Assembly (NCBI GenBank): GCA_965222225.1
Contig: CBDCTK010000002.1
Location: 4,192,001 to 4,256,000, forward strand
Reading direction: 5' to 3'
DNA: 64,000 nt
Source: Candidatus Poribacteria bacterium
GTDB lineage: Bacteria; Poribacteria; WGA-4E; JAJDTR01
Shown here: positions 48,347 to 58,997 of the stretch, in pieces
Layout: each line of letters opens with the position of its first letter
How positions within the stretch are numbered: the stretch's first letter is position 1
The notes under the pieces: model-generated
What the model was told of the DNA's origin: nothing
The model's database searches: none
What the model saw: only the letters and a program-made list of their open reading frames with translations
Made by a program: the position numbers and the translations under genes

Positions 48347-49926
48347 CATTTCACAAGATTGGTCGGGTTCTACAGTGGTTCTTCTTCCTCCTCCCGACGT
48401 TTATTGTTAGCTTGAGTGTGCTCGTGTCTTTAGCGTACCTTGTTTTACGGGCCGCTGAGGCAGACAGTGCGGAGTTGATCGAGGTTGTTTTTCGATCAAG
48501 AACTCTTTTCCTCTTTGGCAACACAGTGTTGCTCGTCGTCGGTGTTGTCGTCGCTGACATCGCTTTGGCATTGCCTTTCGCTTGGATCACCAGCCACACG
48601 AATGTTAAGGCTAAGCGTTTCTTTACGCTGATGGGTGTGTTGCCGCTGGCAATTCCCAGTTACGTGATGGCATACGCTATTCTGGGTTTGGGCGGCAAAG
48701 ACGGGGCATTTGCTCAACTGTTCGGTATAAGCCTCCCTCGGTTGAGTGGATATTGGGGGGCATTGACCGCACTTAGTTTTTATACATTCCCTTACTTTTT
48801 TCTAAATATACGTTCAGCATTGATCGGAGTCGATCCGGCGCTTGAGGAATCTGCCCGCAGTCTCGGCTATCGGCGGCGGGAAGTGTTGTATTACGTCCTT
48901 ATCCCCCAGCTACGCCCGGCGCTCTACGCTAGCGGACTGGTCGTCGGACTACACGTATTGGGTAATTTCGGGGTTGTCTCGCTAATGCGGTATGAAACAT
49001 TTAGTTTCGCAATCTACTTGCAATTAGCCTCTTTCGATCGCATTTACGCGGCATGGCTCGCGCTGATGCTCCTCGTTTTTGCCGGATGCCTGGTCTATGT
49101 CGAAGCACGACTATTGCGAGGCAAGAGTTTTCATCGGGCGGGAATTGGTAGCATTCATCAAAGAAACCTCATCCCACTCAAAGGATGGGGACAACTCTCT
49201 TACCTCTATCTCGGCGTTTTGATATTCAGCTGTATCGCGGTTCCAACTATTACGATAGTATTATGGATGATCAGGGGACTTGATTCGGTGTCTATGGAAA
49301 ACCTCGTTAAAGCGGTGATTGGCTCCCTTGGGGCTGCTGTACCAGCCGCTTTTCTGAGTACTAGCCTTATGCTACCGCTAGTGTACTTGGGAGTTCGTCG
49401 TCCTTCCGCTTTGTCTCGACTGTTGGAGCGCCTCGCCTACATCGGCTATGCCATACCGCCGTTGGCATTCGGGCTGTCTTTGATTTTCTTCGTACAGCGG
49501 GTAATTCCCGGTCTCTATCAAACGTTATGGCTTCTAGTTTATGGTTACACGTTACATTTCATGGCTGAAGCAATCGGTCCCGCACGCAGCACCATTTATC
49601 AAGCTTCGACCAACATTGAGGAAGCGGCGCGTTCCCTCGGTTTTTCGAGGCTAAAGGCCTTTTACAAAGTGACCATTCCCATACTTATCCGAGGGCTGAC
49701 CATAAGCACTGCTTTTGTATTTCTCTCCGCTATGAAAGAACTTCCAATTGCCTTCTTACTCCGCCCTATAGGATATGAGACGTTAGCGTTGAATGTCTGG
49801 AGCAACACCTCCGAAGCCTTTTTTGCCGAAGCGGCTCCATACGCTCTACTTATGATAATCTTCGCCGGGCTATTTGTTGGACTCCTGCTTGTTCGGGAAA
49901 GGAGCGTGCATGAACTGCCTGCTTAA
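48343..49926 (+). CDS. Fe(III) ABC transporter permease (FbpB-like)
   Basis: Duplicated EE.ARSLG motifs; multiple TM helices. Confidence 0.9.
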   Translation: MTFHKIGRVLQWFFFLLPTFIVSLSVLVSLAYLVLRAAEADSAELIEVVFRSRTLFLFGNTVLLVVGVVVADIALALPFAWITSHTNVKAKRFFTLMGVLPLAIPSYVMAYAILGLGGKDGAFAQLFGISLPRLSGYWGALTALSFYTFPYFFLNIRSALIGVDPALEESARSLGYRRREVLYYVLIPQLRPALYASGLVVGLHVLGNFGVVSLMRYETFSFAIYLQLASFDRIYAAWLALMLLVFAGCLVYVEARLLRGKSFHRAGIGSIHQRNLIPLKGWGQLSYLYLGVLIFSCIAVPTITIVLWMIRGLDSVSMENLVKAVIGSLGAAVPAAFLSTSLMLPLVYLGVRRPSALSRLLERLAYIGYAIPPLAFGLSLIFFVQRVIPGLYQTLWLLVYGYTLHFMAEAIGPARSTIYQASTNIEEAARSLGFSRLKAFYKVTIPILIRGLTISTAFVFLSAMKELPIAFLLRPIGYETLALNVWSNTSEAFFAEAAPYALLMIIFAGLFVGLLLVRERSVHELPA

Positions 49927-50953
49927 CCTTCACAACGTGACCAAGCATTTCTCACCACTTCCAGCGCCGGTGGTGGATGATGTTAGCTTCGAGATGAACG
50001 CCGGCGAGATTTTTGCCTTATTGGGACCTAGTGGGTGTGGCAAAACGACGACCTTGCGCCTAATTGCGGGATTCGAGCGATCCGATTCAGGAGAAATTCA
50101 CGTAGAAGACAGATGCATCGAAAGCCTGTCAATCCATGCACCACCCGAGTCGCGCGAGATCGGCTTCGTTTTTCAGGACTATGCGCTTTTTCCGCATCTA
50201 AATGTTTTGGACAATGTCGCGTTCGGTTTGAAGAAATTACCCCCGAAAGCTCGATTCGATCGGGCGTTGGAAGTGCTGGAGATGGTAGAACTTGCCGAAT
50301 TCCGAGGCCGAACGCCTCACGACCTCTCCGGCGGCGAACAGCAACGCGTCGCATTGGCTCGTTCCATCGCTCCAAGCCCCAAACTCATTCTTCTGGACGA
50401 ACCGTTTTCCAATCTTGACGCCGGGTTACGTCAAGCCACCCGCAAAGAGGTGCGACAACTGCTTAAAGATGCCGGGATGAGCGCCATGTTGGTCACACAT
50501 GATCGGGAGGAAGCTCTCAGTTTTGCCGATCGCGTTGCTGTCATGGAAAACGGTAGAATTGAACAGACGGGGGCACCCGAAGCCATGTATAATCGACCCA
50601 AAACCCCGTTTGTGGCAGAATTCCTCGGTAAGACAAATCTCGTTTCGGGCGCCGCTCGTGGAGACTGTGCCGAAACCGATTTAGGTAAATTCAAACTTGA
50701 TTGTCACGCTCAAGGTAGGGTGTTGCTCTCAATAAGACCGGAACATTTGACAATGATTCACGCTACCGCAGGCGAAAAGAATGCCAAATTGGGCAAAATC
50801 GTCGAGCGTGAATTCAAGGGGCACGACCTCACCTATCGGGTGCAGGTCGAAGGCAGAGACTACTTCGTGCAGACCGATTACCGCTGCCCATACCAAATCG
50901 GAGATTGGGTACAACTCAAGGCAGTTGAACCTGGGGTGGTGCTCAATGAATAG
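49910..50953 (+). CDS. Fe(III) ABC transporter ATP-binding protein (FbpC-like)
   Basis: GPSGCGKT, LSGGEQQR, LLDEP, C-terminal TOBE-like domain. Confidence 0.92.
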   Translation: MNCLLNLHNVTKHFSPLPAPVVDDVSFEMNAGEIFALLGPSGCGKTTTLRLIAGFERSDSGEIHVEDRCIESLSIHAPPESREIGFVFQDYALFPHLNVLDNVAFGLKKLPPKARFDRALEVLEMVELAEFRGRTPHDLSGGEQQRVALARSIAPSPKLILLDEPFSNLDAGLRQATRKEVRQLLKDAGMSAMLVTHDREEALSFADRVAVMENGRIEQTGAPEAMYNRPKTPFVAEFLGKTNLVSGAARGDCAETDLGKFKLDCHAQGRVLLSIRPEHLTMIHATAGEKNAKLGKIVEREFKGHDLTYRVQVEGRDYFVQTDYRCPYQIGDWVQLKAVEPGVVLNE

Positions 50954-50969
50954 AGTTCAGACCTCAAGT

Positions 50970-51125
50970 GATTAAGCGAGCAAATGGATTGACCGAGATC
51001 GATTTAGCTGATAATGAGGGATCAACCGAACGATGAACTGAGTGGATAACGAAGTCGATAGTAAGTCCTATAGTGAGGGATCAAGGGAACGAACAGTGAC
51101 CGCGATAGAGCTCCCATAGAGATCC
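50970..51125 (-). repeat. Nested micro-element array (reverse strand)
   Basis: Intact inner copy at 51080-51114 inside an outer GGATCTCTAT copy; host repeat TTGTCTGAATCGCGGATT at 51129-51146. Confidence 0.75.
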
Positions 51126-51466
51126 CTTAATCCGCGATTCAGACAAGTACCAAAATACCCCTGCCTTATACATTATTCTTTTAGCGAATAAACCACTTGA
51201 ATTTAGACCCTGTTTGAAGAACCATTTTCCTCTATGAAAGCAGCATTAATTGGAGAATGAAATTGCTTTGTCTGGCAACTTTGGTTTCATACCTAAATTT
51301 CATACCAACACCCCTTTGACGTTAATGTCGAAATTGCCCAAAAGCCGCTGATAACAAGAGTTCTCACCTTTTCTTGGACGCTATCGAAACCCTCATTTGG
51401 TATGAAAAATATGAAAAGTATGAAAGTTCTTAGCATTATCAAGCGACGTTCTTTAGGTTCAACTTA

Positions 51467-52360
51467 TTAATATATTTCGGGCACGTACGTCTGATCGGAT
51501 CTGGGAGGGCGGATATAATGTTGGTCGGACTGAAGGGGTGGAAGTTCCATCGGTTGAAGCCGTAAATCCTCGTACGGAATTTGTCTTAACAGGTGGGCAA
51601 TACAGTTCAAGCGTGCCCGGCGTTTATCGTGAGATTCAACCACGAACCATGGAGCTTGTTTAATATCTGTATACTTGAACATGTCATCTTTCGCCCTTGA
51701 ATAGTCAACCCACCTCTTGCGCGCCTCCAAATCCATCTTGCTAATTTTCCACCGCTTGCTCGGATTTTCAATCCGAGCCTGAAAGCGGTGCGCCTGTTCC
51801 TCGAAATCCACGGATAACCAATACTTAATCAGGACAATACCTGAACGCACCAGCATCCGTTCGAACTCCGGACACGAACGCAGGAATTCTTGATACTCTT
51901 CATCGGTACAGAAATTCATTACGCGTTCAACACCAGCTCGGTTGTACCAGCTCCGGTCGAACAGTACCATCTCTCCAGATGCTGGAAGATGGGCGACGTA
52001 TCGTTGGAAGTACCACTGGTTTTTTTCGCGTTCCGTTGGTGTCCCTAACGCGACGACTCGACAGATACGGGGATTCAAAGCTTCGGTAATCCGCTTGATT
52101 GTGCCTCCCTTTCCCGCGGTGTCGCGTCCTTCAAAGATTACGACAACTTTCAACCCCTTGTGCTTGATGTGTTCCTGCAACTTAATTAACTCAAGCTGAA
52201 GCCGCGCTAACTCTTTTTCATAGAATTTTCGCTTTAGCGCCTTTTCTTTCTGGGCGGGATTCTCTCCTACTATGTGAGTTTCCTCGTTTGCAACCTGTTG
52301 GCTATCCTTCATCTCGGAGTTCTGCTCCTTATGCGAACAGGATTTCTTCTTTTTCGCCAT
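51467..52360 (-). CDS. ppk2: Polyphosphate kinase 2
   Basis: FEGRDTAGKGG, FDRSWYNR. Confidence 0.95.
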   Translation of the reverse strand: MAKKKKSCSHKEQNSEMKDSQQVANEETHIVGENPAQKEKALKRKFYEKELARLQLELIKLQEHIKHKGLKVVVIFEGRDTAGKGGTIKRITEALNPRICRVVALGTPTEREKNQWYFQRYVAHLPASGEMVLFDRSWYNRAGVERVMNFCTDEEYQEFLRSCPEFERMLVRSGIVLIKYWLSVDFEEQAHRFQARIENPSKRWKISKMDLEARKRWVDYSRAKDDMFKYTDIKQAPWFVVESHDKRRARLNCIAHLLRQIPYEDLRLQPMELPPLQSDQHYIRPPRSDQTYVPEIY

Positions 52361-52465
52361 AATCTCCTCCTCTTTATCTTGACCCAACTCAATTAAAATG
52401 GGACGCATGCACTGAAAATTCTGGAGAACGAAAAGCTAACGTCGTAGCCGTCCAAGTAGCAATCC

Positions 52466-52708
52466 TTATCTCAAAGATCCCGTTTCAGCCTCTCTGTGTA
52501 CTGCCATCTTGATTTTAGTCCAAGCTGAACTTGATTGGTTGAGCACGACAATTGCTTTGGCATTCTTCCGATAGTCTTGGCAGGTGTCGTATACGAGTCG
52601 CAGCATGTCCGAAGAATCGGAATCGAGATAGCAATCACCAAGTTTTTCCATAATTATTATATCGTCCTCAGAATTATCCATCAGCTCTGCCAAAGACTTT
52701 TGATCCAT
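52466..52708 (-). CDS. Hypothetical protein (80 aa)
   Basis: ORF only; co-oriented with ppk2. Confidence 0.45.
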   Translation of the reverse strand: MDQKSLAELMDNSEDDIIIMEKLGDCYLDSDSSDMLRLVYDTCQDYRKNAKAIVVLNQSSSAWTKIKMAVHREAETGSLR

Positions 52709-52940
52709 GCCGATTAGCTTTGATCCGAATTACGCCATGTCGTTACCGGACAAGATATCACGTTTTGATTTCATTGTACAACCTCAATTAACACATATAC
52801 CAAGCATTTCGGCTTAATGGAAGCTGCCAAAAACAACTCGACGGATAAAGTCTTAGATACGCGCTCTGAAATCCCCCCACAGCGTTGACAGGAATCCCGC
52901 AGACATGTAAAATCGTGTCGATTCAACCCAAAAGACACCT

Positions 52941-53834
52941 ATGACACTTTTAACTATCATTCTGGTTCTTTTCTCCGCCTTCATTCATGCCCTTTGGAAT
53001 TACTATGCAAAATCCAGTAAATCTACCCAGATTTTCTTCTTTTGGATTGGTATCTTCACACTCTTTTTGACACTCGCAGCGTTCGCGATTCGATCGCCTA
53101 TTATCCCTTCACAAGTTTGGGTGTATGTTATTACATCCGGTCTAGTCCACTTCGGTTACTGGTTCTCCTTGAGTCGCGCCTACATGCTGGGTGAGATCTC
53201 GTTTGTTTATCCAATCGCGCGCTCGGCGCCCGCGTTTGTTCCGCTCTTAGCGTTCCTGTTCTTGGACGAATCAATTTCCACACGGGGACTGGTGGGTATC
53301 TTCTGTGTGGTGTTGGCAATCTATCTTTTCCAGCAACGGGGAAATAAAATTATGCTCAAATCAATCCTTCAATATGCACGGAAACCAGATTCAATCTGGG
53401 CATTTTCGACACTTGGCACGGTCATAGCATACTCCTTGATTGATAAGCAAGGAATGACGGTATTCCACGCATATTCCAATAAATCGGCTATTTGGGACGC
53501 GATGACCTATTATCTTGCCGAGGGATGTATTGCGCTGGTGTTGTACAATACCTACATTTTTCTTCAGTTTCGATGGAGACAAATTGCTGAAATTGGACGA
53601 CGAGAATGGAAGCAAGTGATTACGGCGGCTACATTGGCGATGGTCTCGTACACACTGATTCTTTACCTCCTGATGACCGAAAAGGTCAGTTACATCGTTG
53701 CGCTTCGACAATGCTCTGTAATCTTTGCGGTGCTTCTCGGCAGTTACAAGTTACACGAGTCCGGTTTAAGGCTACGGTTAGCTGGGGCAGCCCTGATAGT
53801 GTTTGGAATGTTTCTAATTTCGATGGCGGGATAG
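52941..53834 (+). CDS. EamA/DMT family transporter
   Basis: About 10 TM helices; HALWN, VYPIAR. Confidence 0.9.
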   Translation: MTLLTIILVLFSAFIHALWNYYAKSSKSTQIFFFWIGIFTLFLTLAAFAIRSPIIPSQVWVYVITSGLVHFGYWFSLSRAYMLGEISFVYPIARSAPAFVPLLAFLFLDESISTRGLVGIFCVVLAIYLFQQRGNKIMLKSILQYARKPDSIWAFSTLGTVIAYSLIDKQGMTVFHAYSNKSAIWDAMTYYLAEGCIALVLYNTYIFLQFRWRQIAEIGRREWKQVITAATLAMVSYTLILYLLMTEKVSYIVALRQCSVIFAVLLGSYKLHESGLRLRLAGAALIVFGMFLISMAG

Positions 53835-53900
53835 AGAAAAAGAATTTAAACAAACGAGACAACCGATTGTTGATTTACCGTGAATCTGTTCTGCCATTTT

Positions 53901-54668
53901 CTAAACAGAGTCCTCGTCCGATGTATCGGTTGGGGTAGCCGGTTCATCACCTTCTTCATCCGTTCTGTCGGGAGTTGTGACTTGCAGAAACAAATCCTCT
54001 AAGTTCATCTCAATCTCCGCTATACTATCGGAAAATGCCAAGCCGCCTTCCGCCAAGATTATGACGTGACTGCAAATGGGAGCAACCTCCCCAGGTCGGT
54101 TCGTGGTGGTTACAATCGTTTTTTCCATTGCGGAAAGTTCTTGTATCAGCGTACTCAGCTCGTTCCGTCCACGCACGTCCAATCCGGAAAAAGGCTCATC
54201 AAACAACCAGATTTCCGGGTCATGTAGAAATGTTTTGGCAAGGCAAAGCCGCCGTTTCTCGCCTTGAGAAAGAGATGCAATCTTCCGATGGGCTATCGCA
54301 GCAATGTCCATTAGATTCAACACGTCTTCAATTGCGGTGGCGCGTCCGCTTTTGTCCAATTTGTACGCGGCGGCAAAAAAATCAAGGTATTCAACAATCG
54401 AAAGGTGTGGATAACCATCGAATGTTTCCGGAACATAGCCTATAAGAGGCCTGACCTCGCGTAGATTCGTAAATGCATCATGTCCGGCAATATTGACCGT
54501 TCCGCTAGTCGGTTCAGTTAAGGTCGCCAAAATTCTGAGTAGTAACGATTTGCCCGATCCGTTTGCGCCGAGAAGAGCAAGACTCTCGCCCGATTCCACA
54601 CGGAACGTTAGGTCGGCGAAAATTACGTTTCCTTCTACTGATTTGGATAAATTCTGGACTTCAATCAC
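53901..54668 (-). CDS. ABC transporter ATP-binding protein
   Basis: GANGSGKS, LSQGEKRR, LFDEP. Confidence 0.9.
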   Translation of the reverse strand: MIEVQNLSKSVEGNVIFADLTFRVESGESLALLGANGSGKSLLLRILATLTEPTSGTVNIAGHDAFTNLREVRPLIGYVPETFDGYPHLSIVEYLDFFAAAYKLDKSGRATAIEDVLNLMDIAAIAHRKIASLSQGEKRRLCLAKTFLHDPEIWLFDEPFSGLDVRGRNELSTLIQELSAMEKTIVTTTNRPGEVAPICSHVIILAEGGLAFSDSIAEIEMNLEDLFLQVTTPDRTDEEGDEPATPTDTSDEDSV

Positions 54669-54901
54669 ACTGGTAGGCTCCGTGCATGTTATGTCAATTG
54701 TGACGCAATGGATGATCGTAAAGATTTAATTGTACACGGGCATCATGGCTTACGTCATACATATAGGTGACGTGGCGCCCATCACGATACACCGTTGATA
54801 TTTTAGCAAAGATGGCGGAATTTCGCAACTGCCCGCTATACATTTAATCAACCAAGAGTCGGTACTCATTAAAATCAACCGTGCCGAACTGAAGAAACGC
54901 A

Positions 54902-55510
54902 ATGCGGAAATCCACTAAAGCTTTATTGGTCATTGAGTTTTTTTTCGTGGTTAACCTTATGATTCCTGATGATGTCTACGTTCACAAAACGGTTGAAGGT
55001 GATGGGAGTGCGTTCAACGAACTTGTGCAACGTCACTATGCCAAGATTTATGGGCTGGCTTGCCGTATGCTTGGTAATCCGGACGATGCATCCGACGCAA
55101 CTCAAGAGACGTTTTTGGAAGCCTATAAATCGCTTCAATCCTTCCAGTTTCAATCGAAGTTTTCAACGTGGTTGTATCGAGTAGCAATCAATACATGCCA
55201 ACAGCACATTCGTAAGTCCGAGTCCCGGGGCCGCACGTTGATGTCTTACACGAATAGCCTGCGAGAGCAGGACCGTCAGTACATCGCAGATTTTCCGGAG
55301 CGGATGATATTGAAAACCGAGCGAGATGGCTTAATACAAGCAGCAATCGACCAATTGCCGCCAAAGCAACGAGCCGTGGTAGTTCTGTTTTATGCTCAAA
55401 ATCTGAAATATCGAGAGATTGCACTGGTTTTAGATTGTTCGGAAGGCACAGCGGCTTCACGCCTGAACGCGGCAATAAGAAACCTCAAATCAATGCTCAA
55501 GAATCTGTAG
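54902..55510 (+). CDS. ECF sigma-70 factor (start may be 54959)
   Basis: DASDATQETFL..FSTWLYRVAIN; region 4 HTH. Confidence 0.92.
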   Translation: MRKSTKALLVIEFFFVVNLMIPDDVYVHKTVEGDGSAFNELVQRHYAKIYGLACRMLGNPDDASDATQETFLEAYKSLQSFQFQSKFSTWLYRVAINTCQQHIRKSESRGRTLMSYTNSLREQDRQYIADFPERMILKTERDGLIQAAIDQLPPKQRAVVVLFYAQNLKYREIALVLDCSEGTAASRLNAAIRNLKSMLKNL

Positions 55511-55541
55511 AGGTGACGACGTATAGAAAGGAGGTACTATT

Positions 55542-56075
55542 TTGAATTGTGAAGATTTCATGACAACTATCAATGTGAATCGCTTAAGTTCAGAGCTCCA
55601 ACTGCAAGAGAATGTTGAATTGAAACGGCACCTTGAGACGTGCCCAAAGTGTGAGGCGGAATATGAGGAGATGCTGCATGCGGTAGCAGTTCTTGAAAGC
55701 CTGCCAGATCCCGCGCCACCTCCAGATCTTGCCTTGCGCATTCAGAAAGAGATTGCCAAGGAACATCGTCGCAGTCGCCTCGCTTTTTTTGCAAACCCGT
55801 TTGCCCGCCTTATTCTTGCTTTGAAGATCAACCCTCACCCGGCACTCGTTAACTGTACCGCGATGATATTCTACTTAATGCTGACGGTTTTTTTGGTAAA
55901 ACTCACATTCTTCAGCGAATCAAATGATGCAAGGCACATCTCATCCCCTGCCAAAGCCGTAAAGAAGAACGCGCGTGTTGTCACAACATCATGGGCTGCG
56001 ATCAGAGGAATACCAACTCTCAGAGAGGAACCTGAGCTGATGATGCCAGAGGAGGAGACTATACAAGAGCGATAA
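55542..56075 (+). CDS. Zinc-binding anti-sigma factor with TM helix
   Basis: MNC..HLETCPKC (HxxxCxxC) directly after the ECF gene. Confidence 0.85.
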   Translation: MNCEDFMTTINVNRLSSELQLQENVELKRHLETCPKCEAEYEEMLHAVAVLESLPDPAPPPDLALRIQKEIAKEHRRSRLAFFANPFARLILALKINPHPALVNCTAMIFYLMLTVFLVKLTFFSESNDARHISSPAKAVKKNARVVTTSWAAIRGIPTLREEPELMMPEEETIQER

Positions 56076-56079
56076 TTAA

Positions 56080-57328
56080 CGGAATTAGTAGCTTGTAGCT
56101 TTTAGACTGACGACAAACATAAAACTTGGTACCCTGTCGTAAATCTTTTCGTCACACGTAGATGTCCATAGTGACTATTCTTCTCGTAGGAGTTTGCTAT
56201 GGACATTTTGAATCTTATGAAAGAGTTTCCAAATCAAGAATCTTGTCTCAGATTTATAGAGGAAAAACGTTGGAAGGACGGTGTTTGCTGTATCCACTGT
56301 GGCAGTGAAAAAGTTGGACGCAAGAACAAAAACGACATTACTACTGGTTGGAATTGCTACGATTGTGAATCTAGCTTTTCGGCTACAGCAGGAACCATCT
56401 TCCATGGTACCAAGATACCTCTCCAGAAATGGTTTTTGGCTATCTCAATTCTTTCCAATGCCAAGAAAAGCATATCGAGTTGTCAGCTTGCTCGTGACTT
56501 GGACATGAATCAAAAGTCCGCTTGGTATATGGCAATGCGCCTCCGTGAGAAAATGAGTGATAGTGATGAATTGCTGAAAGGGATAGTTGAAGCGGACGAA
56601 ACCTATGTCGGCGGCAAACCCAGAGCAAAATCTAAGAGAGGTAGAGGCACAAATAAATCTCCCGTCATCGGCGTAGTCGAGAGAGGCGGTCGGGTGGTTG
56701 CTAAATTCATGAAGGTTCTATCTGGTGAAAATATCAGAGAATTCATCCTTAGCAATGTCTCACCCGATGAGTCTATTCTTATGACTGATGAATTTCGCTC
56801 TTACAATAGTCTGGACGAAGATATCGAAAGACATGTTATCCATCACCAAGAGAGATATGTTTCTGAGGACGGCGTAACTCACACCAACACCATCGAGTCG
56901 TTTTGGGCTTGTGTCAAGAGGTCATTCTACGGAACGCATCATCACTACAGCAAGAAGTGGCTGCCACTGTATATCATGGAGTCTTGCTGGAAATATAATC
57001 GCAGAAAAGATGATGAGATTTTCATAAGATTTTTTGATGAATGCTTCACCTGAGCCACATGAATTGTTTGGCTATCGGTATATTCTGTCAACGACAACAT
57101 CATGGTGTGCTGAAAATCCCATAGTGTTGGAAATTAAAATCCCGCAGATAACCCGCAATGCTCCCGCGAGCATGTACAAACGCTTGGTCAACATGATATG
57201 CCTCCATTTCTCTCTTATAGAGATGTATTTTAGTGTGAATCAAGATTCCGAACACTGTCTAAAGTTATTGTACATTAAGAAGAGAAAAGCAAGCAAATCG
57301 ACCAAAAAGCAGTTAACTACTAAGTCCC
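56080..57328 (+). mobile_element. IS1595-family element with 8-bp TSD ATAATTAA
   Basis: Imperfect ~25-bp IRs; TSD at 56072-56079 and 57329-57336. Confidence 0.9.
56199..57053 (+). CDS. IS1595 family transposase
   Basis: Zn ribbon, VEADETY, MTDE, HTNTIES. Confidence 0.93.
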   Translation: MDILNLMKEFPNQESCLRFIEEKRWKDGVCCIHCGSEKVGRKNKNDITTGWNCYDCESSFSATAGTIFHGTKIPLQKWFLAISILSNAKKSISSCQLARDLDMNQKSAWYMAMRLREKMSDSDELLKGIVEADETYVGGKPRAKSKRGRGTNKSPVIGVVERGGRVVAKFMKVLSGENIREFILSNVSPDESILMTDEFRSYNSLDEDIERHVIHHQERYVSEDGVTHTNTIESFWACVKRSFYGTHHHYSKKWLPLYIMESCWKYNRRKDDEIFIRFFDECFT

Positions 57329-57741
57329 ATAATTAATGTTACGTGTTAACGCCTCATGACTACAAGACGTCAAGATTACAACAAGAATTGATTACCGAGG
57401 CGCATGTTTTCCCGACCTGTTCTACACCCCGTTATTGTACGGAACATCCCTACATTAACTAGGAATACGTCTATGCCTATTTGCTGGTTCTCATGTATCT
57501 CACTTAAATATCCCGGCACTGGCGCATTCCCGTCCTAGAGGCATCAATTTGATTGACGCAGTAATTCCGGATATGCTATGATAACCTTTCTGCGTTACGG
57601 AAAGACATAGGACTGTATTCACCCTAATTGAGAGTGCATTTGAAAGCAGGGCGTTTACCAAAGTCCGACCGTTGCTTAATCGAATTGTCGAAACTGGCCA
57701 GAGAGAAGCAAAAATCGTAAAAATATAAGGGAGGCAACTGA

Positions 57742-58509
57742 ATGCCGGAAATTGGAATACCTCACACGATTGGCGGGATTGCCATCATCATAGCCTTAAC
57801 GACCTCATTTCGTATTCTGAAAGAATACGAACGAGCTGTTGTTTTTCGCCTTGGGCGACTCAGTGGAACAAGAGGTCCCGGCTGGGTTTGGTTGATTCCA
57901 TTCTGGGTTGAACGCATGCAGAAAATTAGCCTTCGGGTGGTTGTGCAGGATGTCACCCCTCAAGATGCGATCACGAAGGACAACGTCTCGGTGAGTGTGA
58001 ATGCGGTGCTCTCTTTTCGAGTTGTGGCGGCGGACAAAGCCGTCGTTGAAGTGGAGGACTTTGGGTTCGCCATCGCGCAGGTTGCGCAGACGACACTCCG
58101 GAGCGTACTCGGTAGGGCTGAGCTTGATGATCTTCTGTCAGAGCGGGAGAAGCTTAATCAAGACCTTCAAACAATCATTGAACAACACTGTGCACCGTGG
58201 GGTGTCAAGGTCTTTGCCATGGAGATTAAGCATGTTGACTTGCCTGCCGAGATGCAACGAGCAATGGCAAAACAGGCGGAGGCGGAAAGAGAACGGCGTG
58301 CCAAGATCACTCACGCAGAAGGTGAATTGGAATCTGCCCACGCATTGACAGATGCGGCGACAATCTTGAGCGCAACGCCAACCGCAATCCAATTGCGATT
58401 TCTGCAGGCAATGGTTGAGGTTTCCGCGGAGAAAAATTCAACTCTCGTGTTTCCGATTCCCATCGATCTCCTCACACCGTTCCTAAAACAGAGAGATGAA
58501 AAGAGTTAA
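57742..58509 (+). CDS. SPFH/stomatin-like protein
   Basis: [32 protein letters not shown]. Confidence 0.93.
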   Translation: MPEIGIPHTIGGIAIIIALTTSFRILKEYERAVVFRLGRLSGTRGPGWVWLIPFWVERMQKISLRVVVQDVTPQDAITKDNVSVSVNAVLSFRVVAADKAVVEVEDFGFAIAQVAQTTLRSVLGRAELDDLLSEREKLNQDLQTIIEQHCAPWGVKVFAMEIKHVDLPAEMQRAMAKQAEAERERRAKITHAEGELESAHALTDAATILSATPTAIQLRFLQAMVEVSAEKNSTLVFPIPIDLLTPFLKQRDEKS

Positions 58510-58529
58510 GTGTTTCCCACAGGTCGAAT

Positions 58530-58898
58530 ATGTTGTCTGCGAGAGACAAAATCATCCTCAAAGGTATTCGATTCCATGGTTACCATGGCACCTCTGAGTC
58601 CGAGAGACAAGTGGGACAGAAATATGAGGTTGATGTCGAATTGATATGCAGTTTGGCTACAGCCGGCGGTACGGATGACCTCGACGACACCGTTAACTAT
58701 ACCGATGTCGTCGACCTAATTGTCGAAATCGGGACGGAAAAATCCTTCCATTTAATCGAGGCCCTGGCAGAAAGGTCGGCGTCAGGAATTTTGAACCGTT
58801 TCCCGGTTGATGAAGTCCGAATAACCGTTAAGAAGCTGTCTCCTCCGATTGAGCAACCTCTTCCTCATGTTGCGGTAGAAATATGTCGAAGCAAATAG
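58530..58898 (+). CDS. folB: Dihydroneopterin aldolase
   Basis: FHGYHG..ER..GQ, DTVNY, LIEALAE. Confidence 0.93.
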   Translation: MLSARDKIILKGIRFHGYHGTSESERQVGQKYEVDVELICSLATAGGTDDLDDTVNYTDVVDLIVEIGTEKSFHLIEALAERSASGILNRFPVDEVRITVKKLSPPIEQPLPHVAVEICRSK

Positions 58899-58997
58899 CA
58901 GCCAAGATTAATTCGCTAGCCATTACGAATACGGTTTTCACATCTGGATTGGCAGCTTCAACGTGCCCAACTTATTGCGAAGAGGTTGAAATCCGTC

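Noticed and set aside
26612-51125. CRISPR array interpretation of the 35-bp repeats
   Set aside because: Copies are dispersed or nested, with no regular spacers and no cas genes
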